From a virus, in the IMG/VR virus record IMGVR_UViG_3300045988_049951: a stretch of DNA of 64,000 nt. One strand, 5' to 3'. Every line of letters starts with the position of its first letter. Position 1 is the stretch's first letter. Shown in pieces: positions 38,252 to 51,700 of the stretch. The position numbers and the translations under genes are program-made. Under the pieces are notes generated by a model. It made no database searches, was not told where the DNA came from, and was given only the letters and a program-made list of their open reading frames with translations.

Positions 38252-39839
38252 ATGATACAGCCTATTTACACTTCGGTAAGCAATGCTGATATAAAGCCTT
38301 GTGGAAAGAAAGGACATTTAATAAAAAGTGAACCTATACCTCTCCTAAGAAACAACTATCTTGGAGAATATAGAACTGAATTAGAAAGAGCTAAGGTTAG
38401 AAAGAATCTAGGTATTGCTGATGAGTAGAGTCTTCTTTGGGGAAATATAGAAGGAACTATAGAAGCCTAGAAAGATTTAGTATAGTACATAGAATAGAAA
38501 TGGACTTATACTAGTGATGTTGCAGAGAATATCAATACTGTAAAAGATGCCTTAGATTATGCTTTATTCTTTATAAGTTAGTACGAAGCTAATACAGAAG
38601 AAATAGAGGAAATAAAAGTTGATATAAGTAATATCAGAACTTCTATTACTGTACTTAAGGAAGAACTTGAAGAAGAAATTGAATCTAACAGAACTGGCAT
38701 AAACAATCTTTCTGAGAAAATAACCTAGATTAATGAGGCAATAGAGGATATTAACGAGTCTATCAAAAATATAGATGTTGACAAAAACATCTAGAATTGG
38801 ATAACTAATAGTCTAAAAAACTCCAAAACCATAGAAATAAAGGATGATAATACTCTAGAAGTAATTCTATCCTAGTAGGAGGATAATGCAATACATCTGA
38901 TTCAGTAGGAAATTCCTCCAGTAGAGGAGGAAGGAGAACCTTCCACAGTAGTTCTACCTGGAATATATGTAAAAGACCTGGAACCATCTCTAACAGAGGT
39001 AAAGGAAGAAGTTAAGGGAGTATAGGAAGCTTAGAAGAACACTGATTCTAAAGTAGATTCTAATACTGAGAATATCACAAATATATAGACAAGTTTAGAA
39101 ACTATAGCTACTTATCAAACTGAACTTCCAGATGATACTACTTCTACTGTTATTCAAGGAACTACAGTTGAAAAATTGAAAGGAAAGCCGTTTAATGAGA
39201 TTATAGACACTCTATTATTTCCTACTGTTGTTAGAGATTTGGTTTATCCTTAGTTGTATTATAGCTTCACCTCTTAGATTGTGGAGGTAGGATCCGCTTT
39301 ACTTACCCCTACTTTAACATTTATAAAAAATGATGCTGGAGAGGAAACTGGTAGAGAAGAAACTATTACCTATAATGATTCTCCTGTAGAATCTGGAACA
39401 TATGATTCTATCGGTGTCTATGTGCATTCTGGTACCGTAAATTATGCTGCTGGAGAATATCTTATTAACAACAAGGGAGAGGTTACGGACAAGAGGGTGG
39501 AGGCTGGTTCAATATCAACTACAGCGTAGGTGACTGCCACCTACCCTTGGTATTCTGGTAATACAGATAGTTTAATCAAATAGAGTCTTGTTCCATTTGG
39601 ACAATCTTCTGGAATTATTACATTTTCATTAAGTGGAAAGGCTATTATAAAATTACCTGGAAGTAATACTTAGCTAAATTCATTTACAGTAGATGGAGGA
39701 CTAGGATACCTAAATGTTGATTTAAGTGGATGGGAAACTTCTACTGAATAGATAAATGGATTTCCTTATAAAGTATGGACTAAGAAGGATACTTATTCTT
39801 CAGCATTGCCTCATCAAATTAACTTTACTTTATCACAAT
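38252..39839 (+). CDS. tail fibre / structural protein (about 529 aa)
   Basis: Continuous TAG-containing frame including track ORF 39281..39529. Confidence 0.45.
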
Positions 39840-39840
39840 A

Positions 39841-41709
39841 ATGGCATTTAAATATACAGGTGATGCTACATTAGGTGTTGCTTTAACCGTAGAAACTCCT
39901 AAACCTCTTGATAATAGAACAGTAGTCGATAATTTAGACGAATTATATTCTATTCCGGAGAAATATGCTTATCAAGGCATGACCGTTTCAAATATAGATA
40001 ACGGAAATATTTATATGCTAGTAGATAAGTCTAAGATTAAATACAAAGAAGGTTGGAAAGCTTCTTATGAATCTATTTAGATAATCACCTGTACAGAGGC
40101 TGAATATAAGGAATGGTCTAAAAATACCACAGAAGATTTTAAACCTATAGACGAAGATAAAACATATCTTCATGCAGAAACATATTATTATATATATGAA
40201 GACAGCCTAGATGATGATTAGTTTTACTTATCAGCAGAATGGGGTAAAAAGATAGAGGAATAGTTGAAATAGAAAGCTCTAAATACTACTGTCGTACAGA
40301 TTAGAACGGATTTAGACTAGACAATCTCTAACCTTTCCAAGTATGCTACCCTTGAAGAGTTAACTGAGAATTATGCCCCTAAAACTGATCTAGATTTAGA
40401 GGACCCAGAGTCCTTGTTATCTAAAGCCTTATCTAACCATTATACTAAGGAAGAAACTGATGACATATTTGTTACCAAAGAAAGTCTTAGAGGAGAAGGA
40501 ATGGAAGGAGATGATTTTGTCTTTGTTACAAAGAAATAGTATGACGAAGACCAATAGGCTATTCAAGATGAGCTAGATAAGACTTTAAAGGTAGATGGGA
40601 ATGGTTCCCTAGAAAGTATTACTGTAGGACAGATAAAGTCTCCAGTAGTAGAAGGAGAGGATTAGCTAGTAGTAGATGTTAAATCTGATGGGTTGTTTGT
40701 TGGAGAGGACCAACTCGCCATGATGTCAGATGTTCCTAACCTGGTTACATTAACTGAAGAGGAATATTTAAAACTGGTAGAAGATGAGGCTATAGAACCT
40801 GACACATATTACTATGTGTATGATGTAACAAATGATGCTAAAGTCTATATTACTAAGGAGTACTTAGATCAAAATTACCATACTACACATCAGTATTAGT
40901 CCTGGGTTGCTACTAATTATTACTCAAAGACATAGATTGATGAAATTGTTTCTGGTTTATAGAAACTAGGAAGCTACGTTACTACAGAAGATATTAAAGC
41001 ATACTACACTAGCTCGTAGGTAGATGAAAAGTTTCTTACAAAAGAAAATGCTCAATCTACATACGCCACTCAATAGTCATTAACCGACCTTTCCGATTAG
41101 ATAGCAGAGGAGTATGTGACAAAAGAAAGTTTGAGAGGAGATTCTCCCGAAACTGGTGATGACGATTTTATATTTGTTACCTAGAAGAAATATTAGGAAG
41201 ATTAGGATGCCGCTTCTAAGGAATTTAGTACAGAGCTTCTGAAATCAACCTCTATAGAAACTTCTGATATTACTATTTAGAAAATTGTCGAAAAAGAAGT
41301 ACAATAGGTAACAACTGGAGAAAGTTCAGAAGATGAAACAACTGAACAGACTATTGAAAGTTCTGTTAAACTTACTACAGAAGATGATAGATTATTAGCA
41401 TCTGGAAAGCAAGTTGCTCTTACAGAAGAGGTTCCTAAATTGGTATGTCTTCCACAAACAGATTATGATGACCTAGTTGAAAATAATAAGACAGAGAACG
41501 ATACATACTACTGTACTTATGGAGAAAAAGATATATAGGATACAGGATATGTTAGAAGTGAATATCTGACAGAACGTTACTATACAAAAGCTGAGGTGGA
41601 AGAATTAATAAAGGCTGCTGTAGACGAATTGTAGAAGAAAATAGATGCAATATAGCCTGGTTCTGGTAACGTACAGGTAGATGGAGAAAATGAACAATTA
41701 ATATTTTAA
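39841..41709 (+). CDS. tail-fibre protein with internal repeats (about 622 aa)
   Basis: Repeated units (T[KE]ESLRG...DDF[VI]FVT[KQ]K.Y.ED and EEYLKLVE...DTYYYVYD...YITKEYL); frame includes track ORFs 39841 and 40693. Confidence 0.5.
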
Positions 41710-41714
41710 TAGTA

Positions 41715-41921
41715 TGGGAACAATTTGGGTTGAAGGGTAGTTTAAGAACTCAGCAAAACCAGTAAAAGTTGTTGGAGGAAATGTAGGAGGATCTGGAATA
41801 GACCCAGATACATTAAAGAACTACGCTACCAAGGCTGAACTATAGAAAGCTGTTGAAGACTTAACTGCCTCCATAGAAGGAATAGATCATAATGTAGAAG
41901 AAGAAACTTTAATAATACAAT
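41715..41921 (+). CDS. hypothetical small protein (68 aa)
   Basis: Manual translation MGTIWVEG(TAG)FKNSAKPVKVVGG... Confidence 0.3.
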
Positions 41922-41924
41922 AAT

Positions 41925-43745
41925 ATGGCAGCTATCAAATCTATAAAGGTTGAAGAAACCGTATATGACTTAAAGGCTACCTATGATGGCTCTGGAAATG
42001 TTATAGATTAGACATATGCAAAATCTAGTGCCATTCCAACTAAAGTGTCTTAGTTATAGAATGATGAAAATTATTTAAAGGAACACTAGGATATAAGCGG
42101 TTTAGCTACTAAAACGGAGTTGGAAAGTAAGGTAGATAAAGAATTAGGAAAAGGACTTTCTGAAGCTAATTACACAGAAACTGAAAAACAGAAACTTAGT
42201 GGTATTGCAGATAATGCAAATAATTATGTACACCCAACTACTTCTGGAAATAAACACATACCTGCTGGAGGAGCACTTGGATAGATTTTAACCTTTTCTG
42301 AAGATGGGACTGCATAGTGGGCAGATACTAGTACTAAGTTAGAGGAACAATTTAATGTTCTTAATACTGCTTGGGAAGAATTACAAAAAGAACAATAGAG
42401 TCTAAGCAAACAAGTCACAGAGTTAAGCAGTAACGTAGACTTATACTCTTATGGAGTAGAATGGGATATTACCGTATCTTCTCCTATCCTTACTAGAATA
42501 GGAAACCCACTATTACATAAATCCCTCCCTATTTAGTCCGCTTACAGAGGATGTGTAGCAAATAACGGTGTGGTAAATTACTATTTATATCCGGACGATT
42601 GGGCTTACAAAGAAGATGGAAGTACTCCTTCTGTGCTTGATGGAACTGATGGAACTGTAAGAGTCCACACTCCTAAATTTTATGGTAAATCAGGCTCTAA
42701 TGGAAATAAAAGATGGGTTAGAATTTCTCTAGTAAAGCTTGATGATTCATGGGTAGAAATACCAGAACTATTAATTGACGCATATAGAAATACCGTTGAT
42801 AATACTGTGTCAGCAACCCCTAAAGCTGTGTCTGTGGTCAATACTACAGAAGCATTTAGAGGTGGTGGAAATAGAGCACAATTCGATGAGTATCTAACTA
42901 CTGAACTTGATACCAAAGATGCTTTTAGAAGCGATTTAGGAAAACCTAGAACTAATGTTTCTAGAGCTAATATGAGAACTTATGCTACAAATGCAGGTTC
43001 TGAATTATTATGCTATGAATATTATAAATGGATATTCTACTGGAACTATGTAATAGAATATGCTAACTTTAACTCCCAGGCTGCCTATAATGCCGAACTT
43101 ACTTCTGATGGTTATCGTCAAGGAGGACTTGGTCCTGGAGTTACAGACTGGAGTAACTCTGCTACAAGTTGGTCTGGATATAATGGAACTTATCCTATTA
43201 CTCCATGTGGTTATTGTAATGATATTGGTAACTTCACTGGAATCAAAGATTTAGTTATTCCAGAGTGTACTGCAACAAACGAAACAGATACAGTAGCGAC
43301 TAAGACATTTAAAGTTCCAAGATGGAGAGGTTTTGATAATCCATTTGGAGATATTTGGACAAACCTAGATGGAGTAGTTATTCAAAGAACTGCGGCAAAT
43401 GAAATCAGTAGTGTGTATACTACCACAAACAAGGAAGAGTTTACTGACGTAATTGGCAGCAAGACCATAGCAGGATACGAGGTAGCGCAAGATGGATACA
43501 TTAAAGAGTTTGACTTAGGAGAGACAGCAGAGATTATACCATCTTCTTGTACTGGAGCCTCAGCTACAACTTATATATGTGACTACCACTCTTGCAATGC
43601 TACCTCTACAGAGCTTCGCACGCTGCTGGTGGGCAGCAGCGCGTATTATGGCGGCTATGCGGGTCTCGGCTGTTTCACTTCTAGCAATGCGGTCGGCAGT
43701 GCCGTTTCCGTTGTCGGGTTTAGGACTCTAAATAGAGTATCTTAA
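41925..43745 (+). CDS. DGR target 1: tail-fibre / receptor-binding protein (about 606 aa) with C-terminal variable repeat VR1
   Basis: Frame from the ATG at 41925 through about 9 TAG codons into track ORF 42570..43745; N-terminal tail-fibre repeat GLSEANYTETEKQKLSGIADNANNYVHP; C-terminus LLVGSSAYYGGYAGLGCFTSSNAVGSAVSVVGF. Confidence 0.65.
43622..43720 (+). repeat. DGR variable repeat 1 (VR1), last about 35 codons of CDS 41925..43745
   Basis: About 98-nt alignment to the TR; essentially all mismatches lie at TR adenines (A to G/T/C); locally GC-rich. Confidence 0.8.
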
Positions 43746-43821
43746 GATAAAATATAGAAAATCGATTTAGATATAAATCGTAGGATATTACTTCTAAAAA
43801 CCGTTGATTGGCAAAAAAGAA

Positions 43822-43919
43822 CTGCTAGTAGGCAGCAACGCGAATAATGGCAGCAATGCAGGTCTCAGCTATTTCAATTCTAACAATGACGTCAGCAATG
43901 CCAATTCCAATGTCGAGTT
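43822..43919 (+). repeat. DGR template repeat (TR), adenine-rich, noncoding
   Basis: ctgctAgtAggcagcaAcgcgAaTaatggcAgcAatgcAggtctcAgctAtttcaAttctaAcaatgAcgtcAgcaAtgccAattccAatgtcgAg; it would translate as an Asn(AAY)-rich LLVGSNANNGSNAGLSYFNSNNDVSNANSNV. Confidence 0.8.
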
Positions 43920-44058
43920 ATTATATATTTAGAACAATTTATTTTATTTTTTTAGTTTGCTAAGTAATATCCTTGCCTCTAGGCAAAAGACAACGTAGTG
44001 TTAAATGAAGGGTGTTAGTAGGTTAAATCTCGAAAGCTTCCGATGAAATATATAAAAA

Positions 44059-45267
44059 TTGAAACGTGTAGGATATTTGCACGAACGAGTGTATGATTTG
44101 AAAAACATCGAATTAGCTGATGATAAGGCTAGAAGAAATAAATCAATTCGATGTGGTATTAAGTAGCATGATAAGAATAGATTAGAAGAAAATAAGGAAT
44201 TATCAGACAAATTAAAATAGCTAATCTATTAGACTTCTGAATATAGTACATTTATAATATATGAGCTTAAAGAAAGATTAATCTTTAGACTTCCATATTA
44301 CCCTGATAGAATCACTCATCATGCTATAATGAATATTATGGAACCTATCTGGACCAGTATTTTTATAGATTAGACATATTCCTCTATAAGAAACAGAGGG
44401 ATTCATAAGGTAGAGTATGATTTATTCAAGGTATTGTAGAAATACTCAGATGAAACTAAATACTGCCTAAAAATGGATATAAGAAAATTTTATCCATCTA
44501 TAACACATGACATCCTGTATGAGATGTTGTAGAAGAAAATAAAGGATAAGAAACTGTTAAGTCTATTGAAGGAAATAATATATTCAGCCAAAGGAGTTCC
44601 TATTGGAAACTATCTATCATAGTTCTTTGCAAATTTATATCTGACATATTTTGACCACTGGATAAAAGAGGAGTTAAAATGTAAGTACTACTTTCGATAT
44701 GCTGACGATATTGTGATTCTTGGTAATGACAAGAATTATTTGAGAAATGTATTAGTATCTATAAAACTGTATTTGAAACAAGTTCTTAATTTAGAATTAA
44801 AACCTAACTACTAGATATTTCCAGTAGAAAGTAGAGGAGTAGATTTTGTAGGTTACAAATTTTATCACACTCACGTTCTATTAAGAAAATCTATAAAAAT
44901 GAGAATGTTTAGGCTTATAAATCTATATAAGCAAAATAAGATTGATAAAGAAGAATTGGAAAGAAGAATGAGATCTTATTTCGGCTGGATGAAATTCTGT
45001 GATTCTAAGAATTTGTTGAAAAAGATAGAAACTTTGACTGGTTTGAAGTTCTCAAATTGGAATGGAAAGGAAGTCAATATATCTAAGTTTTATAATAAGT
45101 ATATTCATATCATAGAGGTGGTTGATTATCATAGCCATTTCAGAGTGCACTTTATGTATAACAACAAACCCTATTATTTTAAAAGCAAGAATAAGAAATT
45201 ACATTATTCTTTGCTTAGATACAAATTTCCTATAAATTTTAAAGTAACACCTTATGTTAGAACCGAA
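44059..45267 (+). CDS. DGR reverse transcriptase (about 400 aa; probable non-ATG start, TTG 44059 or GTG 44089), four in-frame TAG codons
   Basis: Motifs ...RLPYYPDRITHHAIMNIMEPI..., GVPIGNYLSQFFANLYL, RYADDIVILG (YADD), C-terminal SYFGWMKF thumb-like region; the frame is continuous from the TAA at 44053. Confidence 0.75.
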
Positions 45268-45277
45268 TAGAATACAA

Positions 45278-45643
45278 ATGAACGTTTGTCCTTAGGTAAT
45301 TCAAAAACTTGGGAACGGTACTTATTATTATAATTACGATATAAGAGAAGTTGAGGCTGAAGTTGAAATACTAGATGAGAAAGACAGTACTAAATTTGAA
45401 ACTTAGTACAATTTCATCTAGGTTTTACTTAATGGGCAACCTAATTATAAGGATTGCGTAAGAGCTATTATTAGAAGTTTTATAACCATAGATGAAGAAT
45501 TTGATTTAATCAACTCGTATAATAGTTATACAAAAAACCTTAGCACAGATTCTTCTATCATAACAGATTATCAAGAATATCTTACTAAATTAATGGATAT
45601 TAAAGACAAAGTCAAAAAAGATTTTGGACTTGTGAATAAATAA
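45278..45643 (+). CDS. hypothetical protein (121 aa, three TAG) downstream of the RT; possible DGR accessory protein, not a recognisable Avd
   Basis: Manual translation MNVCPQVIQKLGNGTYYYNYDIREVEAEV... Confidence 0.3.
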
Positions 45644-45690
45644 TTTAAAATTGTTAAGTATTATACTTTACAATATTAAAAATCTAATAA

Positions 45691-48357
45691 ATGGAAAATT
45701 ACAAAAATTTAAATTTCTCCGCTGAACAAATAAACCAAAAGCTAGCTTGGGTTGGAGATAAGTCTAAGTTAGCAACTACATTATAGGAGACCCCTGTAAA
45801 CTAGTTTATGTTTACTAAGGACTAGAAAACTTTAAAAACTATCATAGACGCAAATAACTAGATAATTACCGTAGAGACTAATGATATGATAACAGAACCT
45901 GGGTCTAAATTGGAGTCGTGGAATGTATATGTGGACCATTTACTCTGCATAAACTCTATATCTTGTGAAGGAACAATGTGTTCTCATAATTATGTTGAGT
46001 TAGGTAATGGCTCTAAAAAGGATATCAATTTAAATGGTTTATACTTATTATACACAGATTGTTCTAAGAGATTAGAATCTGACATTGGGTATGTTTGGCA
46101 ATATCTCCCATTGACTGGAGTTATCAAGGCAGGGTCTACTTTTGTTATTAGGGGAAAGCAAACTAATACAATTAAAGGTAGTATGATAAAAGTAGACTCT
46201 TATGATATGGAGTGGGATATAGAATTTAAATAGAATAAAGCTGCCTTCTATTTATGTGCTGGAGATTCTTTTAAACCCTTATTAGAATCTAATAGCCTTG
46301 GCAATCCTTGGGAAGCTAATTTAATTGGGTATATTGATTCTTGTGGATTTGGAGCAGAAGCACCAGCAGAGGGGAATTCTCCTTTGCTGGTTAATGATAA
46401 TTGGAATGATATTATCTTTGTTAGATGGTTTATGTTTGAAACGGCTAAACAAGGTACTAAAGCTTTTGCTAAAAGAAAAACCAAAGATTTATGGACTTAT
46501 ATAGATTTAACTAAGAATACTACTAAAGCAGGAAATAGTATATAGTATTATTATAGTGACAATATAAAGTTAAAATATGCTCCTAAAGCTTCATATCTAG
46601 GTAAAGATTTCTTTACTATATCTACATTATTTAGATAGGATATTCCTAATTATGTAAATTTAACTTTTGGAAGATAGGCAACCGACTCTGGAAGTGGTGC
46701 AACTAGATGCTTCAACTGGATTTCTGTTGGATATTATGATGAATATGTGGAGATAAGAAAATAGGGAGAAGAGTGGTCAAAACATTATTCTATAATTGAA
46801 AAAGATAGTAGTAATACTGCTAACATTAATAAGTTTATAAATTATTATAAAAGATATAAATGGATTGCTCCAGATGGGACTTTTGTTACTACTCATAAAT
46901 GTATTATAGATAAATTAACAGCTGGAACTTATGAATATCGAATTAGAAGAGATAATTCTAATTATTCAAGTAAAATTTATATTTTTAAAGTGTTAGGGGA
47001 TTCAGAAGTAACTACTTTTAGTTATATTTAGACTTCTGATTAGCAGGGATTTAATTGGCAAGAATATCAAGCTTGGAAAAAATCTTCTTATATGATAAGT
47101 AAAGAACAAAATATTGAATTTACTATCAATACAGGAGATATTACTCAAAATGGTAATAGAGTTAGCGAATGGTTAGATTATTATGATGGTAGAGAATACT
47201 TAAATAATCTCCCAGAGATGTTTACTGTTGGAAATAATGATTTGTGTGGAAAAGATTTCTCAGAACTAACAGATGGAGAGGTAAATACTTCAAAATATAA
47301 TCATATCAATGTTTTAAGATATTTTACTTTTGAAATGGATCCAAATAATCCATGTTAGGTTACTTGGGAGGAAAATACTTATCCTATTTATTCTACATAT
47401 TCATTTAATTATGGTAAATATCATTTTGTATCTTTAAATTCTGAATATGCTCAAGCTTCTAGTAAAATGTATAAAAATAAAGATATTGATTCTGATAAAG
47501 GAGATATTACATTTGCTCAAGCTGTAAATGCGGCTATTGAAGAATGGTTTATAAAAGATTTAAAATCATGGAAACAAACTGAAGAATTTCCAACTGGCTG
47601 CGAAAAATGTATTGTTTACACTCACGATGCCCCATTTTCAATAGTTACCTATGATTTTATGAATACTAGTACTACTGCTAGAGCTGGTTCTAAATTAAAT
47701 ACTATAAATAATAATGGAACTTATAGATTTTCTAGGCTCTTTAAAAAGATGGGAATTAGATTAGTAATGGCTGGTCATAAACATACTTATGGAATAAGCA
47801 AACCTATCTATGATGCACCTATTGAGTATCTAGAAGGTAATAAGGCTAGTTCTGCAGTAGACATATTGTCAGGAGAAATTACTACAGATATGTCTAGAAA
47901 ACCTGTTATTTAGGTGCTACGACAAGATTAGGTATAGGTAAATAATTTTGCTAGATACGAAGTTGTAGAAAATATTACAGCCCCAACCTATGTAACTTGC
48001 TAGGCAACTGGATATAAATTAATCTCTAATAAAGAATAGCCATCTGGGGATGCTTATAGAATACCTTGGTTGCTGGCTTACTTTCCCGCAGCTACTAGTT
48101 CTTCAAATCCTAAAGAAAATACTGCATAGCATAAGCCTATGTACATTAAATATGATGTGTCCGATACTAATATAAAAATAACCGCAGTCTAGATAAACGG
48201 AATTTGGGAAGTAGACTCAAGCTCAACAAAATATGATTTTAATAATTAGATAGAAAACCTTACTATTGATAAAATGACTTTGAGCACTTCCACAGAGGAA
48301 GATTTAGCTATATATAGTCCAGACAATCAAAATTTTTATACCCTTAAATTATAGTAA
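45691..48357 (+). CDS. large late / structural protein (about 888 aa) containing a calcineurin-like metallophosphoesterase domain
   Basis: Single frame through track ORFs 45886, 47092 and 47467; phosphoesterase motifs GDITQNG, FTVGNNDL (GNH[DE]-like), YTHDAPF, MAGHKHTY (GHxH). Confidence 0.5.
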
Positions 48358-48359
48358 AA

Positions 48360-48638
48360 ATGATTTTTCGTAATGGGAAGTTAGTTACTCAAGTCTTTAA
48401 GACTATATTAAAAGGTAGAGATCTTAGGATATATGATTCAAATGGATTTATTTTAAGAGATATAAATCAAACAGTTCTTAATTTTAAAAAAGAAACTGAC
48501 AAAAAAATAGGAGCCATATATAAAGGGTCGTAGTTAGTCTGGCTTACCGTATATGACGCTGTTAGAAGCTGTTTTGGTAGCGGAACTTGGCTACAAGATA
48601 GACCTTGGTTAAAAGATGATTCATGGAAAAATAATTGA
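48360..48638 (+). CDS. hypothetical protein (92 aa)
   Basis: Manual translation MIFRNGKLVTQVFKTILKG... Confidence 0.3.
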
Positions 48639-48701
48639 TTTGTAAAAATGGCAAAATTTGAAAATTTACCTAATCAGATTACAGATTTACTGACAGAGTG
48701 G

Positions 48702-51700
48702 GATGGTCACTCTGGAATGGAGGTCGAGGATTTTATTTGCCGAAAAATAGAAAAAGTAGAAGGATAGGACATAACTGATATGTCTTATGACTCAGCTACT
48801 AGTATGCTTACTCTTCTAAAGAGTAATGGAGAGAAGGTAGAAACTGAAGTATCAGTTATTCCTCCTACCTATTCTTATGGTATAATGGTATATGGGGTGA
48901 TGTTGGACAATAAGTCTGATAAGATATATACCGAGGCAAATGGCTCTTTGTTAATGCAGTACAATTCAGACAGAAATGTTAAGGTAGGTATTGCTATGTA
49001 TGCTGTTGCTACAACTTCTGTAACAACAGATAGAATTGGACCTTTTAATGTCAAGATTAGTTATGGAACTTAGTCAGGAACATTTAGAGTAAATAATATT
49101 AAGTATAGCTAGTGTATTATAGATCCATCTACAGGTGCTATAACAGGAGTTAACATACCATCAGAGAATTTAATAAATACCTTAGCTTGGATTGATATAA
49201 CTAGCTTGTTTACTAAAACTTAGTCTGCTAAGAAGATTACAGCCCAAGTTGTAGATGACCTAGATGTGGAAGATACACTAGACTTACCAATCACTACAGA
49301 GGTAATTACGTTAAATTATAATGGTGAAATTGTATTAGGTAACAACCTAGTTAATTTCTCACTTACTGGTGGAACTACTAGCAATTATCACCTAGAAGGT
49401 TTCAACAATGGAACGCCTTTCTCTACTAGTGGTGGAGTTTTAAATTATTCTAGTCTAACATCTGGACTTAATCAATTAGCTGTTAGAGCAGTTCATAATA
49501 CTGAAAGTTCAATCTACACTGATTACTTATACGTAGATATTATTTATACATATAACTGCTAGGATACTATAGTAGCTATCAATGGTGTAAGTAATGGTAT
49601 AGCTAATAATGGTGTTGCTACTCTATATGAATTAACAGTATTTAGTCCAGATAATAGTTCGATGGCTATTACTACATATCTGGAAAATGAAATGCCAGAT
49701 TCTGGAAGTATGAACCCCACTGAAATTATGAAGTATGAAATCATAGGAGCTTCTTCATATGACGAGTAGGGAGTATATGATACTTCATATAAGAAATATA
49801 TAGAAATAAACAGTAGTGATTCTGAGAAATATCTAGTTATTAAGGTAGATGATACATATTACAAATTCTATACTGTGTTCACTAACAGTTTAGGACAGAC
49901 TACTGCATATACTAGTAATTTCAAAACTATGAAAGTGGAAGCAGTAAATCCAGAGTTTATATATTCTCAGGATGTTGCTCCATCTAAAAACTTTGACTAG
50001 ATTGCAGGTTATCTAAATGATATTTTCGTCACAGATGAGTATGCAACTCCATCTAATCCAGCTACAGTGATTTCTACTCTAGAATCATCTGACGGATGGT
50101 AGGAAGAAGACGGTCGCACTATATTTAAAGTATCTGCTCAAGATACTCCTATTCTTAAATCTCCTATAAGTCTAGGACTTGGAAATAACTTTACCATAGA
50201 GTTAGGATTTAAGACATATAATATTAGTGATGAAAGTAAGCCTATTGCTACTTTAGGAAATTTCCAATTAAGACCTACGTAGTTCTGTTGGAATACTGAA
50301 GATAATGATTTATTCAATGCTAGAAACGCACAGTTCCAAGAAGGTGTAGAAACTCATGTGATAGTAACTGTATAGAAAGGGTTTGTAATATCTAAAAGCG
50401 ATATTTACTATCCTAATTTCTTAGCCAGTTTCTAGGATGCTTTTGACCAAGCTGCTCCTACAACAAGCATAAATTTAGTTAGAATTTTTGTCAACGGAGT
50501 AATAGATAGAGAAATTTCTCTAACTGATTCTGAGCTTAATACATTTACTTCTGCTGCTTTGTAGATAAATCCTACTACTGCTGATATAGATTTTTATCTA
50601 TTTAGAGTATATAATAGTGTAGCTCTTACCTTTAATTAGGTTCAGAAAAATTATCTTTCTTTCTTAAAGGAAAAAACTTCTAAGGAAGACTTTTATGATA
50701 AGAATGATATTCTAGGAACTGATGGAGAAATATCATTTGTAAAAGCTAATGAGAAATATAATACACTTGTTTATGTGTTCCCATAGGGAGCTAAGTTCCC
50801 AAATAGAGCATGGGGAGGAGAGGATAATGAAACTCCGCCGCAAGAAAATGTCCAAAAGAAGTCCCCAGTAACATTGTTTGTTAATTATGTAAATCAGGCA
50901 GTTAATAATCAATATGGAGGTAGACTTACTTATGGACAGGTTAAAGGACAAGGTTCTTCTGCAATGAGATATTTGATTTGGAATGTAACATATGCTCTTA
51001 ATAAGTTAAAAACTTCAGAAGGAGAAAAAATAAAGAGTCCGTTTATTCCATATTCTCAGCTTGATCCAGAGACTAATACATTTAGAGAAGATGCGTCTTC
51101 TACTAGTGGTTATTATGTAATGCCTCCGTATGATGGACAGCAAGACACTACTGCTTATAAGATTACTAAGTTAGTCGGAAAGGTTAACTTTGCTTCTTCT
51201 ATGCAATCTCATAAGATTGGTTCTTGTAAGCTATTTGATGATGCTTATAAAGAATCTAGAGGTAATCTAATATCTGGAGGATAGAAGGCTGTTCATGAAG
51301 AGCCATTCTTATATTTCTATTGGGAAACAGATATGGAAGATGTTTCTAATATCCAGTTAGCCGATTTAATAGACAATGACGAGTCTATTAAATTTATGGG
51401 ATTTCAAACTTGGGGTGCTGGTAAGGGAGACGATGCTTCTAGCGGATATGATGAAAATAAAACTCCAGAATATTTGATGCTTGAGGGTGGTGAGAATACT
51501 GACCCATCTGTCAACTTTAGACGTCCTTGGCAAGCTTTACAAAGAGCTACTGGAGTTCTCGGAGAGGATACTTATAGACTAACTAATCAACCCACAATTA
51601 CTTATGCCAATTCTCTTCTTCGTCCTTGGGACAATCTTTTGATTGAAGATGAATCTGTAGTCTATGACTAGAGAGGAGCATGGGACATTGATTATGGTTG

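Noticed and set aside
42680-42916. Minus-strand ORFs in the late module (42680..42916, 44001..44210, 46248..46484, 56277..56564, 57387..57671, 61067..61261, 61299..61586)
   Set aside because: They lie antisense to continuous TAG-read-through plus-strand genes and are shadows.
43800-43920. TR region as a third coding copy of the lectin domain
   Set aside because: It has no start codon or upstream frame, it is adenine-rich, and it lies between the target gene's stop and the RT. It is a non-coding DGR template.
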